Assembly (NCBI RefSeq): GCF_006345805.1
Contig: NW_021833205.1
Coordinates: forward strand, 1-29,557
Source of the DNA: Octopus sinensis
Taxonomy: Eukaryota
Length of the DNA: 29,557 bases
Direction: 5' to 3'
The translations under genes and the position numbers were made by a program. Positions 1 to 11,234 of this stretch are shown one piece after another. The notes beneath the pieces are model-generated. The model was not told where the DNA came from. It made no database searches and saw only the letters and a list, made by a program, of their open reading frames with translations. Position 1 is the stretch's first letter. Every line of letters begins with the position of its first letter.

Positions 1-99
1 AATATTTTTCCATTTTTAACCTCGTATACAGTACGCACTTGGATTTTGACCTTTAAATTTTGGGAAAAAAAAGTGCGGATTATACTCGAGGATTTACGG
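1..99. mobile_element. Right end of a pogo/Tigger-like (Tc1/mariner superfamily) DNA transposon, truncated by the window edge
   Basis: Ends AAGTGCGGATTATACTCGAGGATTTACGG followed by TA (100-101). An internal inverted subterminal copy CTCGTATACAGTACGCACT lies at about 20-38. The pattern resembles pogo-type TIRs. Confidence 0.6.
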
Positions 100-1383
100 T
101 AAGTATAAATTTGTAATGAGTATTTAAAATAGATATAAACTTATAACCCATGGTACATCAATCAGTCGTTGTATGTAAGCATGTATTGCTGTACACTTCT
201 TTTTTTGTAGGTAAACTAAAATCATTCTAAACAATCAGGAACTGCACTGACAAAATTGCAAGACAAGGACCCAAATTTGTGACCTAAACCTTCGATTTTG
301 GTCACTATTAATCGTTTCAATGGTTTAATCAGTGAACTTTATCCTTAAGAAATTCGAAAATATTAATACAGTATTTTCTCGCTATTTATACAGACAAAAC
401 AAATAGATGCGGGTAGATGGCAGAATCGGAAGAAACTCGCACATTATATTTTGTGATATTTGGTTACGTCCCAGTAATATTCTAAGTTCAAATCCTGTAC
501 AGGCTTTAACTTTAATTCAATTAAACAAATACTGAGATTGACAGTGTGGCCTTGAATAAAGAGACCCGGTATAGCCATAGGCCAATGATGGACCCAGCCA
601 AATAATACAGATATCAAGATCAGAATTATAGATACAATGACAATTATAATTTCATATTGTTCTTAACGACGTCTTTCATGTACGATTTGCTGACATTTCA
701 AAAATTAATGACACGGATGCGTGTCTAGCAAAACTCTTTATTGAATGGGAGGGAGTTGCTCGCTAAATTTGATCTGGTGGAACTTACCTAGCGTATAATG
801 AGCCGGCATGATATCAAATATCAGAACAGCGAAGGTCTGTCTTCAAAGCAAACTGCCAGGCTGCAGTCATTTCATTTACGGGAGATAAAAACACTGACCC
901 TAATTATAGTAGGCTGCCTTTCGTTGAAAGAAGCAAAACCCATCAAAAATGAACATTACGTGATTACAACAGAGATGAAGATTAAGAACAAGTGTAGGCC
1001 ATATGTACTGACAAGTGTTACATCTATACATGTATTGCGTCGACAACAATCCTGCTGACAAGCACAGAGAAAATTTCTTACAAAAGGGACAGTCGCGTGG
1101 AAAGAATGTTATCAATTGAGTAGCAACCCCCGTGGAGACCGTAGCTTGTCCAACACGTCTCGCTATTTCCCATCTGTAACTACAACGAGATCCTGCTGCG
1201 ACAGTGTATGCTTATGAGGACCAACCTAGGGGAGATTAGACTTGGCTGGCATACAATCAGGTGTAACCGATGAGTGGGTGTGTATACATGCATACATACA
1301 TATGAGCATGTGTATTTGTCTCTGTATTTCCCTCTCTCTCTCTATCTATTTATCTATCTGTCTATTCATCTGTATTTCTATCT

Positions 1384-1386
<3 letters not shown>

Positions 1387-1434
<48 letters not shown>
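1387..1434. repeat. (CA)n microsatellite inside a TC/TATC/TA compound tract (about 1300-1520)
   Basis: Directly visible. Confidence 0.95.
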
Positions 1435-1438
<4 letters not shown>

Positions 1439-1529
1439 TATACATATATATATATACACAAAAAATGTCTGTTTACATGTAATTGTGTATATATAAATGT
1501 GTGATTGTATATAATGGTATGTATATATT

Positions 1530-1650
1530 AGTTTTAAAATTTGGCACAAAGCCAGCAATTTCAAGGGAGTATATAAATCGATTACATTGACCTTGTTGCT
1601 CTACTGGTACTTACTTTATCGACCCCAAAACGATGAAAAAGTCGACCTCA
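1530..1650 (-). mobile_element. Decayed SINE family A fragment
   Basis: TTTGGCACAAAGCCAGCAATTT...CTGGTACTTACTTTATCGACCCC...GTCGACCTC matches the other family A copies in the window. Confidence 0.75.
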
Positions 1651-1757
1651 ATATAAGCGATTTACCCCTCCCCTACAATTCATGACATTAATCTGAAACT
1701 ATTATTATTATTATTGCTCGCTAAATTTGTTGCTTTTGTTATTGCTATTGTTGTTAT

Positions 1758-1970
1758 TCTTTTCTACTCTAGGCACAAGGCCCAAAATTTTGGAGAAGGG
1801 AGCTAGTCGATTAGAGCGAACCCAGTATACAACTGGTACTTAATTTATCGACCCCGAAAGGATGAAAGACAAAGTCGACCTCGGCGGAATTTGAACTCAC
1901 AACGTAACGGCAGACGAAATACCGCAAAGCATTTCGCCCGGCGTGCTAACGTTTCTGCAGCTCACCGCCT
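1758..1970 (-). mobile_element. SINE family A, full length, standard tail
   Basis: Reverse complement of the head AAGGCGGCGAGCTGGCAGAAACGTTAGC, central GTCGACTTTG(C/T)CTTTCATCCTTTCGGGGTCGATAAATTAAGTACCAG and tail ...CCTTGTGCCTAGAGTAGAAAAG. 12-bp TSD TATTGTTGTTAT at 1746-1757 and 1971-1982. Confidence 0.9.
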
Positions 1971-1989
1971 TATTGTTGTTATATTATTA

Positions 1990-2567
1990 AAGGCGGCGAG
2001 CTGGCAGAAACGTTAGCACGCCGGGCGAAATGCTTAGTGGTATTTTGTCTGCGTTACGTTGTGAGTTCAAATTCCGCCGAGGTCGACTTTGCCTTTCATC
2101 CTTTCGGGGTCGATAAATTAAGTACCAGTTACGCACTGGGGTCGATGTAATCGACTTAATACCTATGTCTGTCCTTGTTTGTCCCCTCTGTGTTTAGCCC
2201 CTTGTGGGTAATAAAGAAATAGGTATTTCGTCTGCCGTTACGTTCTGAGTTCAAATTCTGCCGAGGTCGACTTTGCCTTTCATCCTTTCGGGGTCGATAA
2301 ATTAAGTACCAGTTAAGCACTGGGGTCGATGTAATCGACTTAATCCGTTTCTCTGTTCTTGTTTGTCCTCTCTGTGTTTGTCCCATGTGGGTAGTAAAGA
2401 AATAGGTATTTCACCCGTCGTTGCGTTCTGAGTTCAAATTCCGCCGAGGTCGATTTTGCCTTTTATCCTTTCGAGGTAAATTAAGTACCAGTGAAACACT
2501 GGGGTCGATGGAATCGACTAGTCTCCTCCAGCAAAATTTCAGGCCTTGTGCCTTTAGTAAAAGGAAT
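1990..2567 (+). mobile_element. SINE family A trimer (head + 3 bodies joined by an alternative-tail spacer + standard tail)
   Basis: The body restarts at GGTATTT at about 2039, 2222 and 2406 (period about 184 bp). Spacer TAATCCGTTTGTCTGTCCTTGTTTGTCCCCTCTGTGTTTAGCCCCTTGTGGGTA(A/G)TAAAGAAATA occurs twice. Confidence 0.9.
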
Positions 2568-2861
2568 TTTTTTTTTTTTTAGCCCAGGTTTTGTTGGAAT
2601 TCCAAACTCCTGGAGTCTTGCATGCGTAGCAGGTTGGTTGCCTGCACTACAGTACCATGCTATCTGTTCTCTTCAACTATCAAATACTTTCCTGGTTATT
2701 CTGGTTGGGCCGAGGAGGCAAACCTTTTGTAACAGTTCTAATGAGCACTTTATTGCGATATCCTTTATATTTCTCTTGATACCTTCTGATACTGTCCCCA
2801 AGGACCCAAAAATAATTGGCACTATCTTCACCTTCTTTTTCCATAGCCGGGCTATTTCTTG
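2568..2861 (-). mobile_element. 3' end of an RLE-type (R4/Dong/NeSL-like) non-LTR retrotransposon with poly(A) tail
   Basis: Minus frame 2861-2673 reads QEIARLWKKKVKIVPIIFGSLGTVSEGIKRNIKDIAIKCSLELLQKVCLLGPTRITRKVFDS*, a typical C-terminus after the restriction-like endonuclease. About 90 bp of 3'UTR follow, then poly(A) (T13 on + at 2568-2580). Confidence 0.8.
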
Positions 2862-2864
2862 AGT

Positions 2865-3570
2865 AGCGGATTAGGTATGCTGTGGCTCCAAATGCTCAGA
2901 CATGCTCTTAGGTTACGCCACCTGCAACGATTTCTGGACGGTGAGCGTGTGTGGGCTTCATTTGTAAGGCTCTTCTTTCCGCAGCTCGTCTCCTTGACGG
3001 GGCTGCAGTCCTGAGTAGAGAAAAGACCGAGACTGAGCGCCTGGTACCTAGAATGTTGTCAGCCGCTCACAGCCCTCTACCAGTCGGGCAATGGGATCGG
3101 TGGATGTTCCGCTTTAGAAATTTATAGAGGATTCAGATAGATATTGATTAGTGGCGGGGAAGTGCGACGACATTCTCGGGGAAACTCTGGGCACCGAGAA
3201 AAACGAACTGGCTAGTTTGTTCCGGAGGGCACTCCAGTCGGGATTTATCATGGATAATTTCCAGATGCCCTTGGCTTGGTAGTGCTATCGGTGCGAGATA
3301 ACTCAACAGGCACAGATGCGCTTTCAGACGGGCTTGTCCGAGGTGCACGCTGAGAGACAAAACCGTTCTGCAAGCCCTCGTACAGTGTCCGGGCATTGCT
3401 GACTTGTGGGGTTATGTCGAACAGCTGTTGTCACACGTGGGATGGATCCGTCTATCGGCCGAGACTGTAGTGATTATCGCACCGCCGCCCTCCTTCAATC
3501 TGGCAGTTTTCCTTTGCCTGGTGGCTGTGGCGAAAGAGGTCGTTTGGTGGACAAGGCTGAAAGGCATTAG
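2865..3570 (+). pseudogene. Decayed Tx1/L1-clade LINE ORF2 C-terminal fragment (zf-RVT region)
   Basis: Plus-strand translation with stops and frameshifts: GLGMLWLQMLRHALRLRHLQRFLDGERVW...; MDNFQMPLAW*CYR; RACPRCTLRDKTVLQALVQCPGIADLWGYVEQLL...AVFLCLVAVAKEVVWWTRLKGI. This matches the CxxC...ET..H...CP...LW...K..IW..R pattern. Confidence 0.8.
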
Positions 3571-3571
3571 T

Positions 3572-3642
3572 CAATAAATTAAGTAATCGACTAGTCCCTC
3601 TCCCCTAAAATTTCAGGCCTTATGCCTCTAGTAGAAAGGATA
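3572..3642 (+). mobile_element. SINE family A tail fragment
   Basis: ATAAATTAAG-TAATCGACTAGTCCCTCTCCCCTAAAATTTCAGGCCTTATGCCTCTAGTAGAAAGG. Confidence 0.75.
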
Positions 3643-3780
3643 ATTTCCGTACTTTCTTTAAAGATTTTGAAGTCGAATCCAAACAAAACCAGCCCCATAT
3701 TTTCAACATCACACTGACTATAAACTATAATGTCAAAGGTTGTTGTTAATTATTATATTTATGACAGCGGCTGAAATATT

Positions 3781-3993
3781 GGTTTCAAATTTTGGCACGA
3801 GGCCAACATGTTCGGGGAGGGAAAAAACGATTATGTTGATCCCAGTCCTCAAGTGGCACTTATTTTATCGACCCCGAAAGGATGAAAGACAAAGTTGGCC
3901 TCGGCAGCATTTAAGCTCAGAACGTAGAGACGGACGAAATGCTGCTAAGTAATTTTTCCGGCGTGCTAACGATTCTGCCAGCTCGCCGCCCTT
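3781..3993 (-). mobile_element. SINE family A, older copy
   Basis: Same head and central domain. Probable 17-bp TSD ACAGCGGCT(G/A)AAATATT at 3764-3780 and 3996-4012. Confidence 0.85.
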
Positions 3994-4346
3994 AAACAGC
4001 GGCTAAAATATTATTTGAACTAAAGAAATCATTTTCGAACAGTGAGAATATTCTCAAATATTCTTTAATTCGAGAAGTTGAAAGCATAGCTGAGCTAAAG
4101 TCGCCAAGCAATGCTAAAAATATTTAGGGTCTTTTTTGTTTTTTGTTATTTCATTTTTTTGCATATATTACTTGATTATAAGAGTTAGAAAGAACTGATA
4201 AACCGATTCTAACATCCAATGTTCACATTTAATAAGTAGCACTTTCCCGAAAAATACTTTTTAATGGATGAGTTTGCTTATCTGTACAGTTTGTGGCTGT
4301 TGTTGGATCACTGTAAAATTGGTATTGCATTGTTTTATTTTGTATT

Positions 4347-4516
4347 TATTTCTTTATTGCCCACAGGGGACTAAACATAGAGGGGACAAACAAGAACAGA
4401 CAAAGGGATTAAGTCGATTACATCGACCCCAGTGCGTAACTGGTACTTATTTAATCGACCAGGAAAGGATGAAAGGCAAAGTTGACTTTAGCGGAATTTG
4501 AACTCAGAACGTAGTG
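4347..4516 (-). mobile_element. 5'-truncated SINE family A monomer ending in the alternative tail
   Basis: Alternative tail plus body, with a 17-bp TSD TTGTTTTATTTTGTATT at 4330-4346 and 4517-4533. Confidence 0.88.
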
Positions 4517-4657
4517 TTGTTTTATTTTGTATTGCCGCTATCCTGCACAATACTGTGTTGTGTTTTAACGTAGAAATGCTTTACTGTTTATTACTGTACA
4601 AATGCGTTTAAAAAGCAGAGAACTGTTGATTTATTGTGCAGGTATTCCTATCTTAGT

Positions 4658-4985
4658 GAAGGCGCATGGCTCAGTGGTTAGAGCGACGAGCTTGCGATCG
4701 TGAGGTTTTGAGTTCGAATCCCAGACCGGGATGCATGTTGTATTCTTGGACAAGACACTTTATTTCACGTTGTTCCAGTTCACTCAGCTGTAGAAACGAG
4801 TTGCGACGTTACAGGTGCCAAGGCCCCTTTGCCTTTCCCTTGGATAACACTGGTGACATGGAGAGGGGAGGCTGGTATGCATGGGCGACTGCTGGTCTTC
4901 CATAAACAACATTGCCCGGACTTGTGCCTGGGAGGGTAACTTTCTAGGTGCAATCCCACGGTCAGCCATGACCGAAGGGGGTCTC
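4658..4985 (+). mobile_element. tRNA-derived CORE-type SINE, tail Z
   Basis: A box TGGCTCAGTGG, B box GAGTTCGAATCCC and MIR/CORE-like TTCTTGGACAAGACACTTTATTTCAC...CTCAGCTGTAGAAA, followed by a tail not seen in other copies. Confidence 0.85.
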
Positions 4986-5183
4986 AATATTACTATCTCA
5001 GAGCAAATACAAAATTTTAGCGACTACAACACTTTTTTTTTTTTAGAATAGCGTGTTATTAGGTGGAAATTTGCATAAATATGTTGATTAAAGCGGTATT
5101 TAACGGTCACTCTGAATGATATACATGAATTTTATTGGGTGCCAAATTCCAATTTAATCTGAATCAACATGATGAACCCCGAA

Positions 5184-5477
5184 CAACTGGCACTCCAGCG
5201 GTTACGACGACGAGGGCTCCAGATCGGCCTGCTCGTGAAATTAACGTGCAAGTGGTTGAGTACACTTAACGTAGTTCTAAGGTAGAACCAGCGTCGCACA
5301 GAATGTGACAAGACTGGCCTTTTGAAATACACGTACTACACATTTGTTTTTTTACCAGCTGAGTGGACTGAAGCAACGTGAAATAAAGTGTCTTGGTCGA
5401 GGATACAACGCACCACCGGGAATCGAAATCACGACCGTACGATCGTGAGTCGAACAGCCTAACCACTAGATCAATGC
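5184..5477 (-). mobile_element. CORE-type SINE with tail Y, decayed
   Basis: CAGCTGAGTGGACTGAAGCAACGTGAAATAAAGTGTCTTG (reverse CORE). Tail GGCACTCCAGCGGTTACGACG...CTGCTCGTGAAATTAACGTG is shared with family B. Confidence 0.8.
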
Positions 5478-5491
5478 AATTATATTTCAAT

Positions 5492-5881
5492 GGGATGGAA
5501 GCACTCCGTCGGTTACGACGATGAGAGTTCCGGTTGATCCGAATCAACGGAACAGCCTGCTCGTGAAATTAACGTGTAAGTGGCTGAGCACTCCACAGAC
5601 ACGTGTACCCTTAACATAGTTCTCGGGGATATTCAGCGTGACACAGAGAGTGACAAGGCCGGCCCCTTTGAAATACAGGTACAACAGAAACAGGAAGTAA
5701 GAGTGAGAGAAAGTTGTGGTGAAAGAGTACAGCAGGGATCACCACCATCCCCTGCCGGAACCTCGTGGAGCTTTAGGTGTTTTCGCTCAATAAACACTCA
5801 CAACGCCCGGTCTGGGAATCGAAACCGCGATCCTATGACCGCGAGTCCGCTGCCCTAACCACTGAGCCACTGCGCCTCCAC
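5492..5881 (-). mobile_element. tRNA-derived SINE family B (tail Y), young full-length copy
   Basis: Head GGAGGCGCAGTGGCTCAGTGG...GGTTTCGATTCCC (A and B boxes). 11-bp TSD TATATTTCAAT at 5481-5491 and 5882-5892. Nearly identical to 22323-22704. Confidence 0.92.
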
Positions 5882-6310
5882 TATATTTCAATATGTGAAA
5901 ATTAAAGAGCTTCGGAATTAATTTAAAGTTGACTGCGCAGAAGAAAGGCAATCGATAAATCGATAACCCGACAGAATCCTACAAACACTTGAAGATCCCA
6001 TTCTAAAGAATATTTAAATGTAATCGAAAATAGACTTGTGTCTGCCTATCAGTGTCCACATTATTATACATAACTTGTCAGCTGCTGCTGTTGTTGCTTA
6101 GCCTTAGATTAACCCTTTACGAGCAGAAGATATTCCAGCCATGACCTTTCCGGCGTTTTGCCTATCGTGGCCAACATTTTCCTAAGTGTCTTCATTTTTT
6201 CAAGACTGATAGCTTTGATTTGAGAAAATATAGTTCCTCTTTCTAGCAAAGCAAGAAACTGTTTATTTGTTTGTTTGTTTTTTTTCTTTTTGGGGGTTTT
6301 ATTTTATTTT

Positions 6311-6482
6311 TAGGAGGCAAATAATCGATTGAGTACTTTATTGGTGTTAATTTTATTGAGCCCCAAAATATGGAAGTTGACTCAGTGGGATTTGAACTCA
6401 CAAATACTGGGAGATACGTAAACCGAAATACCACAAGGCATTTTATCCAACGCTCTCCCGAGTCTGCCAATACCCTACCCCT
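6311..6482 (-). mobile_element. Highly decayed SINE family A copy
   Basis: ATCGATTGAGTAC...TTTTATTGAGCCCC...GGATTTGAACTCACA...GAAATACCACAAGGCATTTTATCCAACG aligns loosely to family A. Confidence 0.6.
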
Positions 6483-6985
6483 TACCATGATACTTCTGTA
6501 ATTCAATACTTGTTGGTGAAATAAATTATGCCTATACCTAAAAATGCAATTTGCAACAAACGATATTGGATGTTAAAGAAAGTAAAAAAGAGAAGACACT
6601 CAATAGAGTCGCATAACATTTGTTTCTCACGAATAAAGAAAAGAACAAAAGCTAGTTGATGTAGACTTCTGATTGTGTTTTATTGAATGGATGCCACATT
6701 TTGGCATCCTGCAGGGGAGTTGTTAAATTGTCTCTCGTCAAGCGAAGCAGACAAAAAATGTAATTCGTTTTGAATAGGTAGAAGAATTGATATTTGTGTG
6801 GGTTCCTAACTTTTCTGATCGCTCTCCAAACACGTACATGGCAACTTCATTGTCTGCGACACCCCATCGAGGAATGCAGGCTCTGCCGAAGAAACTATTC
6901 TGAATGATGAAATCATAATGATGTACAGGTGGATTGTAGAGTACAAAGCTTTGCACATCGCTCAGGTCCGCAGAAACACTTACAA

Positions 6986-7047
6986 TACATACATGTATGT
7001 ATGTATATGTGTATGTATGTATATATGTATGTATGTATGTATGTATG

Positions 7048-7097
<50 letters not shown>

Positions 7098-7274
7098 TAT
7101 ATATATAATATAAAGTATATATACTATATATAAGTTATATATACATATATATATATATAAGTATATATACATATATATATATATAAGTATATATATATAA
7201 GTATATATCTATATATATATATAAGTATATATACATTATATAAGTATATATATATATATTATATATATAATATA

Positions 7275-7312
<38 letters not shown>

Positions 7313-7343
7313 ATACATATATATATGTATATATGTATATATA

Positions 7344-7383
<40 letters not shown>

Positions 7384-7401
7384 AGTTATATAATATATAT
7401 T

Positions 7402-7459
<58 letters not shown>

Positions 7460-7506
7460 TATATATATATATGTAATATACATATATATATATATATATA
7501 TATATC

Positions 7507-7556
<50 letters not shown>
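6986..7556. repeat. Long compound (TATG)n/(TA)n microsatellite
   Basis: Directly visible. Confidence 0.95.
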
Positions 7557-7559
<3 letters not shown>

Positions 7560-7871
7560 AGACGTATAGCTAAAAGTATATAAGCAGATGAAAGTCTTTA
7601 GCATTCACCGTGCTCATATTTTCCCTTTCTACATATAAACCTTAACCATAATTCTAATAAACGGTAATGCCACTGGAAATCAAGACAATTTCTTATGCTT
7701 TTCGAAACTCAGTCCTCCGAATTAGTTTTCTTTTCTTTTTTTTTTATCTTAAAGTTTGTTCATCGCAACATTTTGTTATATTTGCTTCAGAATATGAGTT
7801 TCCTTTATTCAGTTTCAGTAAAATTAATTTTTGCTTTAATATTTATTGGCGACAGAGGCCGTATTTATACC

Positions 7872-8104
7872 TATTTCTTTACTACCCACAAGGGGCCAAA
7901 CACAGAGAGGACAAACAAGGACAGACAAACGGATTAAGTCGATTATATCGACCCCAGTGCGTAACTGGTACTTATTTAATTGACTCCGAAAGGATGAAAG
8001 GCAAAGTCGACCTCGGCGGAATTTGAACTCAGAACGTAACGGCAGACGAAATACGGCTACGCATTTCGCCCGGCGTGCTAACGTTTCTGCCAGCTCGCCG
8101 CCTT
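7872..8104 (-). mobile_element. SINE family A monomer ending in the alternative tail
   Basis: Full head, body and alternative tail. 11-bp TSD GTATTTATACC at 7861-7871 and 8110-8120. Confidence 0.9.
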
Positions 8105-8231
8105 AGACTGTATTTATACCGAGAGGTAATATTGATCCCCACTTAAACGTGGGTGTTGCTTGAACAAATTATATTTCTCTTACCATAAGAGAAACTCTCA
8201 TGCTGACTTTTGCTGCTACCGAAACCACCAG

Positions 8232-8356
8232 ATCACGTGATTTCGACCATCCTTGGTTTTGCCAATGATGGACGCTCAACTGCTAGAGATAGCAGCGATT
8301 CAGCTCCTCACCAACGATATATAGAATATGTCAACCTAAATGCATTAAAGGGGCAG
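8232..8356 (+). CDS. Candidate internal coding exon of an unidentified gene
   Basis: Branch-like TGCTGAC (8201-8207), acceptor CAG|AT, one open frame (D)HVISTILGFANDGRSTARDSSDSAPHQRYIEYVNLNALKGQ and donor CAG|GTATGT. Protein not recognised. A competing minus-strand exon (8279-8184) is also possible. Confidence 0.3.
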
Positions 8357-8784
8357 GTATGTAATATACCAGTATACTATCCCGCGGATAATAGCAAAAC
8401 AACTGAAATAAAATAGATTCAACCAGTTAATCGAATTTACTTTATGAGTGCGGTATACTGTTTTCTTCCCAGACCAATGGCTGTAAAACATTTCTAATTA
8501 ATAAATATTCCTAATATCCTGTCATTATTGGGACAACTTATATTTGCTCCAATAATAATATTACACTACTTATATAGATACGAATAATCCTTTCCAATCT
8601 AAGCTTTCTGTGTTGAACATTAACATCTACCGTAGAGCTCCAAACAATCATAAAAGTTAAACGCGCCGAAGAACTTTAATACAAACTTGTTTATCCTTAT
8701 TATTCACACACCTACATACATCTATACACACATTCATAAATACATACATACGTGTGTGTGTGTACTGTTTCGTGTTCTAGGGTG

Positions 8785-8949
8785 GATTTCCATGGCATAT
8801 AAGTGACCGAGGCCACAAAACCCCGCTGAAACAGGACGCCAGTCCGTCGCAGAGTAAACTGGAGCAACTGGAAGTGAAATGTTTTTGCTCAAGAACGTAA
8901 CATTCTGCCCGCTCCGAGATTCGAATCAGCAGGATCGAAACACCAGGAT
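8785..8949 (-). mobile_element. Decayed CORE-type SINE fragment with tail X
   Basis: CTGGAGCAAC...GTGAAATGTTTTTGCTCAAGAAC (reverse CORE). Tail ACAGGACGCCAGTCCGTCGCAG is homologous to about 12395-12421 and to the reverse complement of about 21922-21945. Confidence 0.65.
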
Positions 8950-9252
8950 CTAGGGTGTTCTCTTTAAGTGAACATTTTTCTGCTTGAAATACACCGAAAA
9001 ATGGCGACACAGCAGTCAAAAAATCGCAAAAAGTAGGGATTTTTATAGAAAAAAAAGCACCTTTTTTTATGTAAATAATTTTTGGTGTTAACATGGTCCA
9101 ATTTGAATTTTTTTCTTCTACAGAAGGAAGAGCAAGCTATCATACTCTCAATTTTGGTCAACTTGCACTGCAGAGTCTCAGGGGAGATAGTGTTAGTTGA
9201 AGGCTACCAAACCTGCCACACACAGACAACTTCAGCTTTATATATATAGAGA
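8950..9252 (-). mobile_element. Helitron-like non-autonomous element
   Basis: The minus strand starts A|TCTCTATATATATAAAGCTGAAGTTGTCTGTGTG, resembling animal Helitron/Lep1-type 5' ends, and ends ...CACCCTAG. No clear 3' hairpin was seen. Confidence 0.5.
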
Positions 9253-9685
9253 TTGTATTTATTATATTATAATTATATTATATTATATTATATTATACAT
9301 GAGTGTGTATACATGATATATTCTAGCTTAGTTATATGCTAAACATATACATAGATATATATAAACATATATTTAGGTAAATATTAAAGTGAAGGTGAAA
9401 TGAAATAATTTACACATGAAGATGCTTTCATTTTTCCACAAAATATGGAGACTGCTTCCTGGATGAGAAGTAGATTCCTTATGGAAAGTGTTAACGGCTT
9501 AAAAGAATCACTTTCTTTCCCGGCCGTTCTATTTTCCGAAAAATTATTTCTGTCTGGTAATATAATTGAACAGTGTGTACACGCGTGGACAATTATGCAG
9601 AACTTGAGATAAATATTATCATTAGAATGACATTGGCATGCGCCACCACGTCATTTCTTGGAGAAGCAGTCGTTTCCCTCCACAG

Positions 9686-9769
9686 ATATTTTGCTTAATT
9701 TAAGTTTTGTACACAAGCAGAAGAATGAGACTGGCTGTAGGCTTTTGTGTACTTCTTTTACTGAACCTG
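9686..9769 (+). CDS. Candidate internal coding exon (84 nt, phase 1-1)
   Basis: Acceptor TTTCCCTCCACAG|, open frame ILLNLSFVHKQKNETGCRLLCTSFTEP and donor CTG|GTATGT. Protein not recognised. Confidence 0.25.
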
Positions 9770-9893
9770 GTATGTTTACATAAAACACACAAATGTTGTT
9801 TTTTACAGTGTTTATTTATACGAAGACGAGTGTCTTTAGGTACAATTACATCTAAGTGTATAACATTTTATTCATCATATCATTGCATGCGAA

Positions 9894-10024
9894 TGTATAT
9901 ATGTATGTACGTGTGTATGTATGTATGTATATATGTGTGTATGTATGTATGTTTGTATATATGTGTGTATGTATGTATGTTTGTATATATGTGTGTATGT
10001 ATGTATGTATGTTTGTTATATATG

Positions 10025-10056
<32 letters not shown>

Positions 10057-10104
10057 TGTATGTATGTACGTACGTGTGTGTATTTGTACGTGTGTGTGTT
10101 TACG
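9894..10104. repeat. (TATG)n/(TG)n compound microsatellite
   Basis: Directly visible. It explains four overlapping MYVC/HTYI ORFs. Confidence 0.95.
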
Positions 10105-10485
10105 TACGTAAGCGTTGTTCAAAAAGCATAATGAACGAAATTAGGAATGGAGAGATGAAAAAAGAAGAGCACATCTTACACATGTTGGTTTAGATAGAAA
10201 CTAAAACTAAAGCACTTTGTTTTAATAATATGCATCTACTGTTTGGATTTAATTAGTCACAGGCTACCAAGTTGAAAATATTTTTTCCCTTTTTTTAATG
10301 ACTAAAACTCGGAAGATAAATAAAACCGCCGAAAAGTAAAACTTCTTCCACTGTTATGTCTTTACCTCAACCAAACTAATATTTATCACCCTAAAATAAT
10401 TTGTCTCAGAGTTTTATACAAATCGATGTTTTTCGTCTGTCTTTGGCCGCTTTTTGTGCCCAATTTCGCAAGAGTGCTATGATTT

Positions 10486-10717
10486 AATTCTTTATTGCCC
10501 ACAAGGGGCTAAACATAGAAGGGACAAACAAGGATAGACAAAGGAACTAAGTCGATTATATCGACCCCAGTATGTAACTTGTACTTAATTTATCGACCCC
10601 GAAAGGATGAAAGGCAAAGTCGACCTCGGCGGAATTTGAACTCAGAACGTAACGGCAGACGAAATACGGCCACGCATTTCGCCCGGCGTGCTAACAACTC
10701 TGCCAGCTCGCCACCTT
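10486..10717 (-). mobile_element. SINE family A monomer ending in the alternative tail
   Basis: Head, body and alternative tail. 12-bp TSD GTGCTATGATTT at 10474-10485 and 10722-10733. Confidence 0.9.
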
Positions 10718-11234
10718 ATGTGTGCTATGATTTTATTTCAGTGCAACTGACAAAATTATGAGGAAGATATCTTGCTGATATAAAAAGGTGAGAAAAAAAT
10801 TGCCTGTATCCTGTCACCAACGCCATGTATCCTGGCAAAGACATCCAATTAATCAGTCCATCGAGGAAATAAGTCATGACAATGAAAGCCCTCACAATTA
10901 TTTATGATGAAAGATCACACTCAAATTCAGTTTCAACAATGTTTACCGCCTGCCCAATATCATAAGCCATACCATGTCCTCTTTACCTCCATCATGGATA
11001 TACGTTTCGATAAAGCAAATATCAGTCGTATACTGGGGGGGCTATCAATCCTCTGTGCTCCTAATTTCATGCCAGTAGTCGCCGAGCACCGTAGAACTAG
11101 TGGTGGGTCCCAATATAGAAAGCAAACAAAATGAGACAACAATCTAACTTCTTCATGGTTACTCATTCTGCTAAAAATAGCAGCCATGTCTCTCTATAAA
11201 AAGTAGGATATATTAGATATATAGTTCTTAAACA

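Noticed and set aside
788-860. Minus-strand exon ending at the strong donor TAG|GTAAGT
   Set aside because: The best acceptor gives stops in all three frames, and the only open version (836-788) depends on a weak acceptor.
1990-2567. CRISPR-like or satellite-like periodic repeat
   Set aside because: Units are about 184 bp with homologous spacers and match dispersed SINE copies. The context is eukaryotic and there are no cas genes.
4658-4735. tRNA gene (also the heads at about 5810-5880, 21774-21845 and 22635-22704)
   Set aside because: A and B boxes are present, but I could not build an acceptor stem or cloverleaf, and each continues into a SINE body.
6738-6985. Protein-like frames on both strands ([14 protein letters not shown]... 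minus; [13 protein letters not shown]... plus)
   Set aside because: No consistent strong splice-site pair and no recognised motif. Left unannotated, but worth a BLASTX.
10760-11200. Overlapping 75-76 aa ORFs in a unique island
   Set aside because: The other frames are stop-rich, there is no recognisable domain, and the length is expected by chance.
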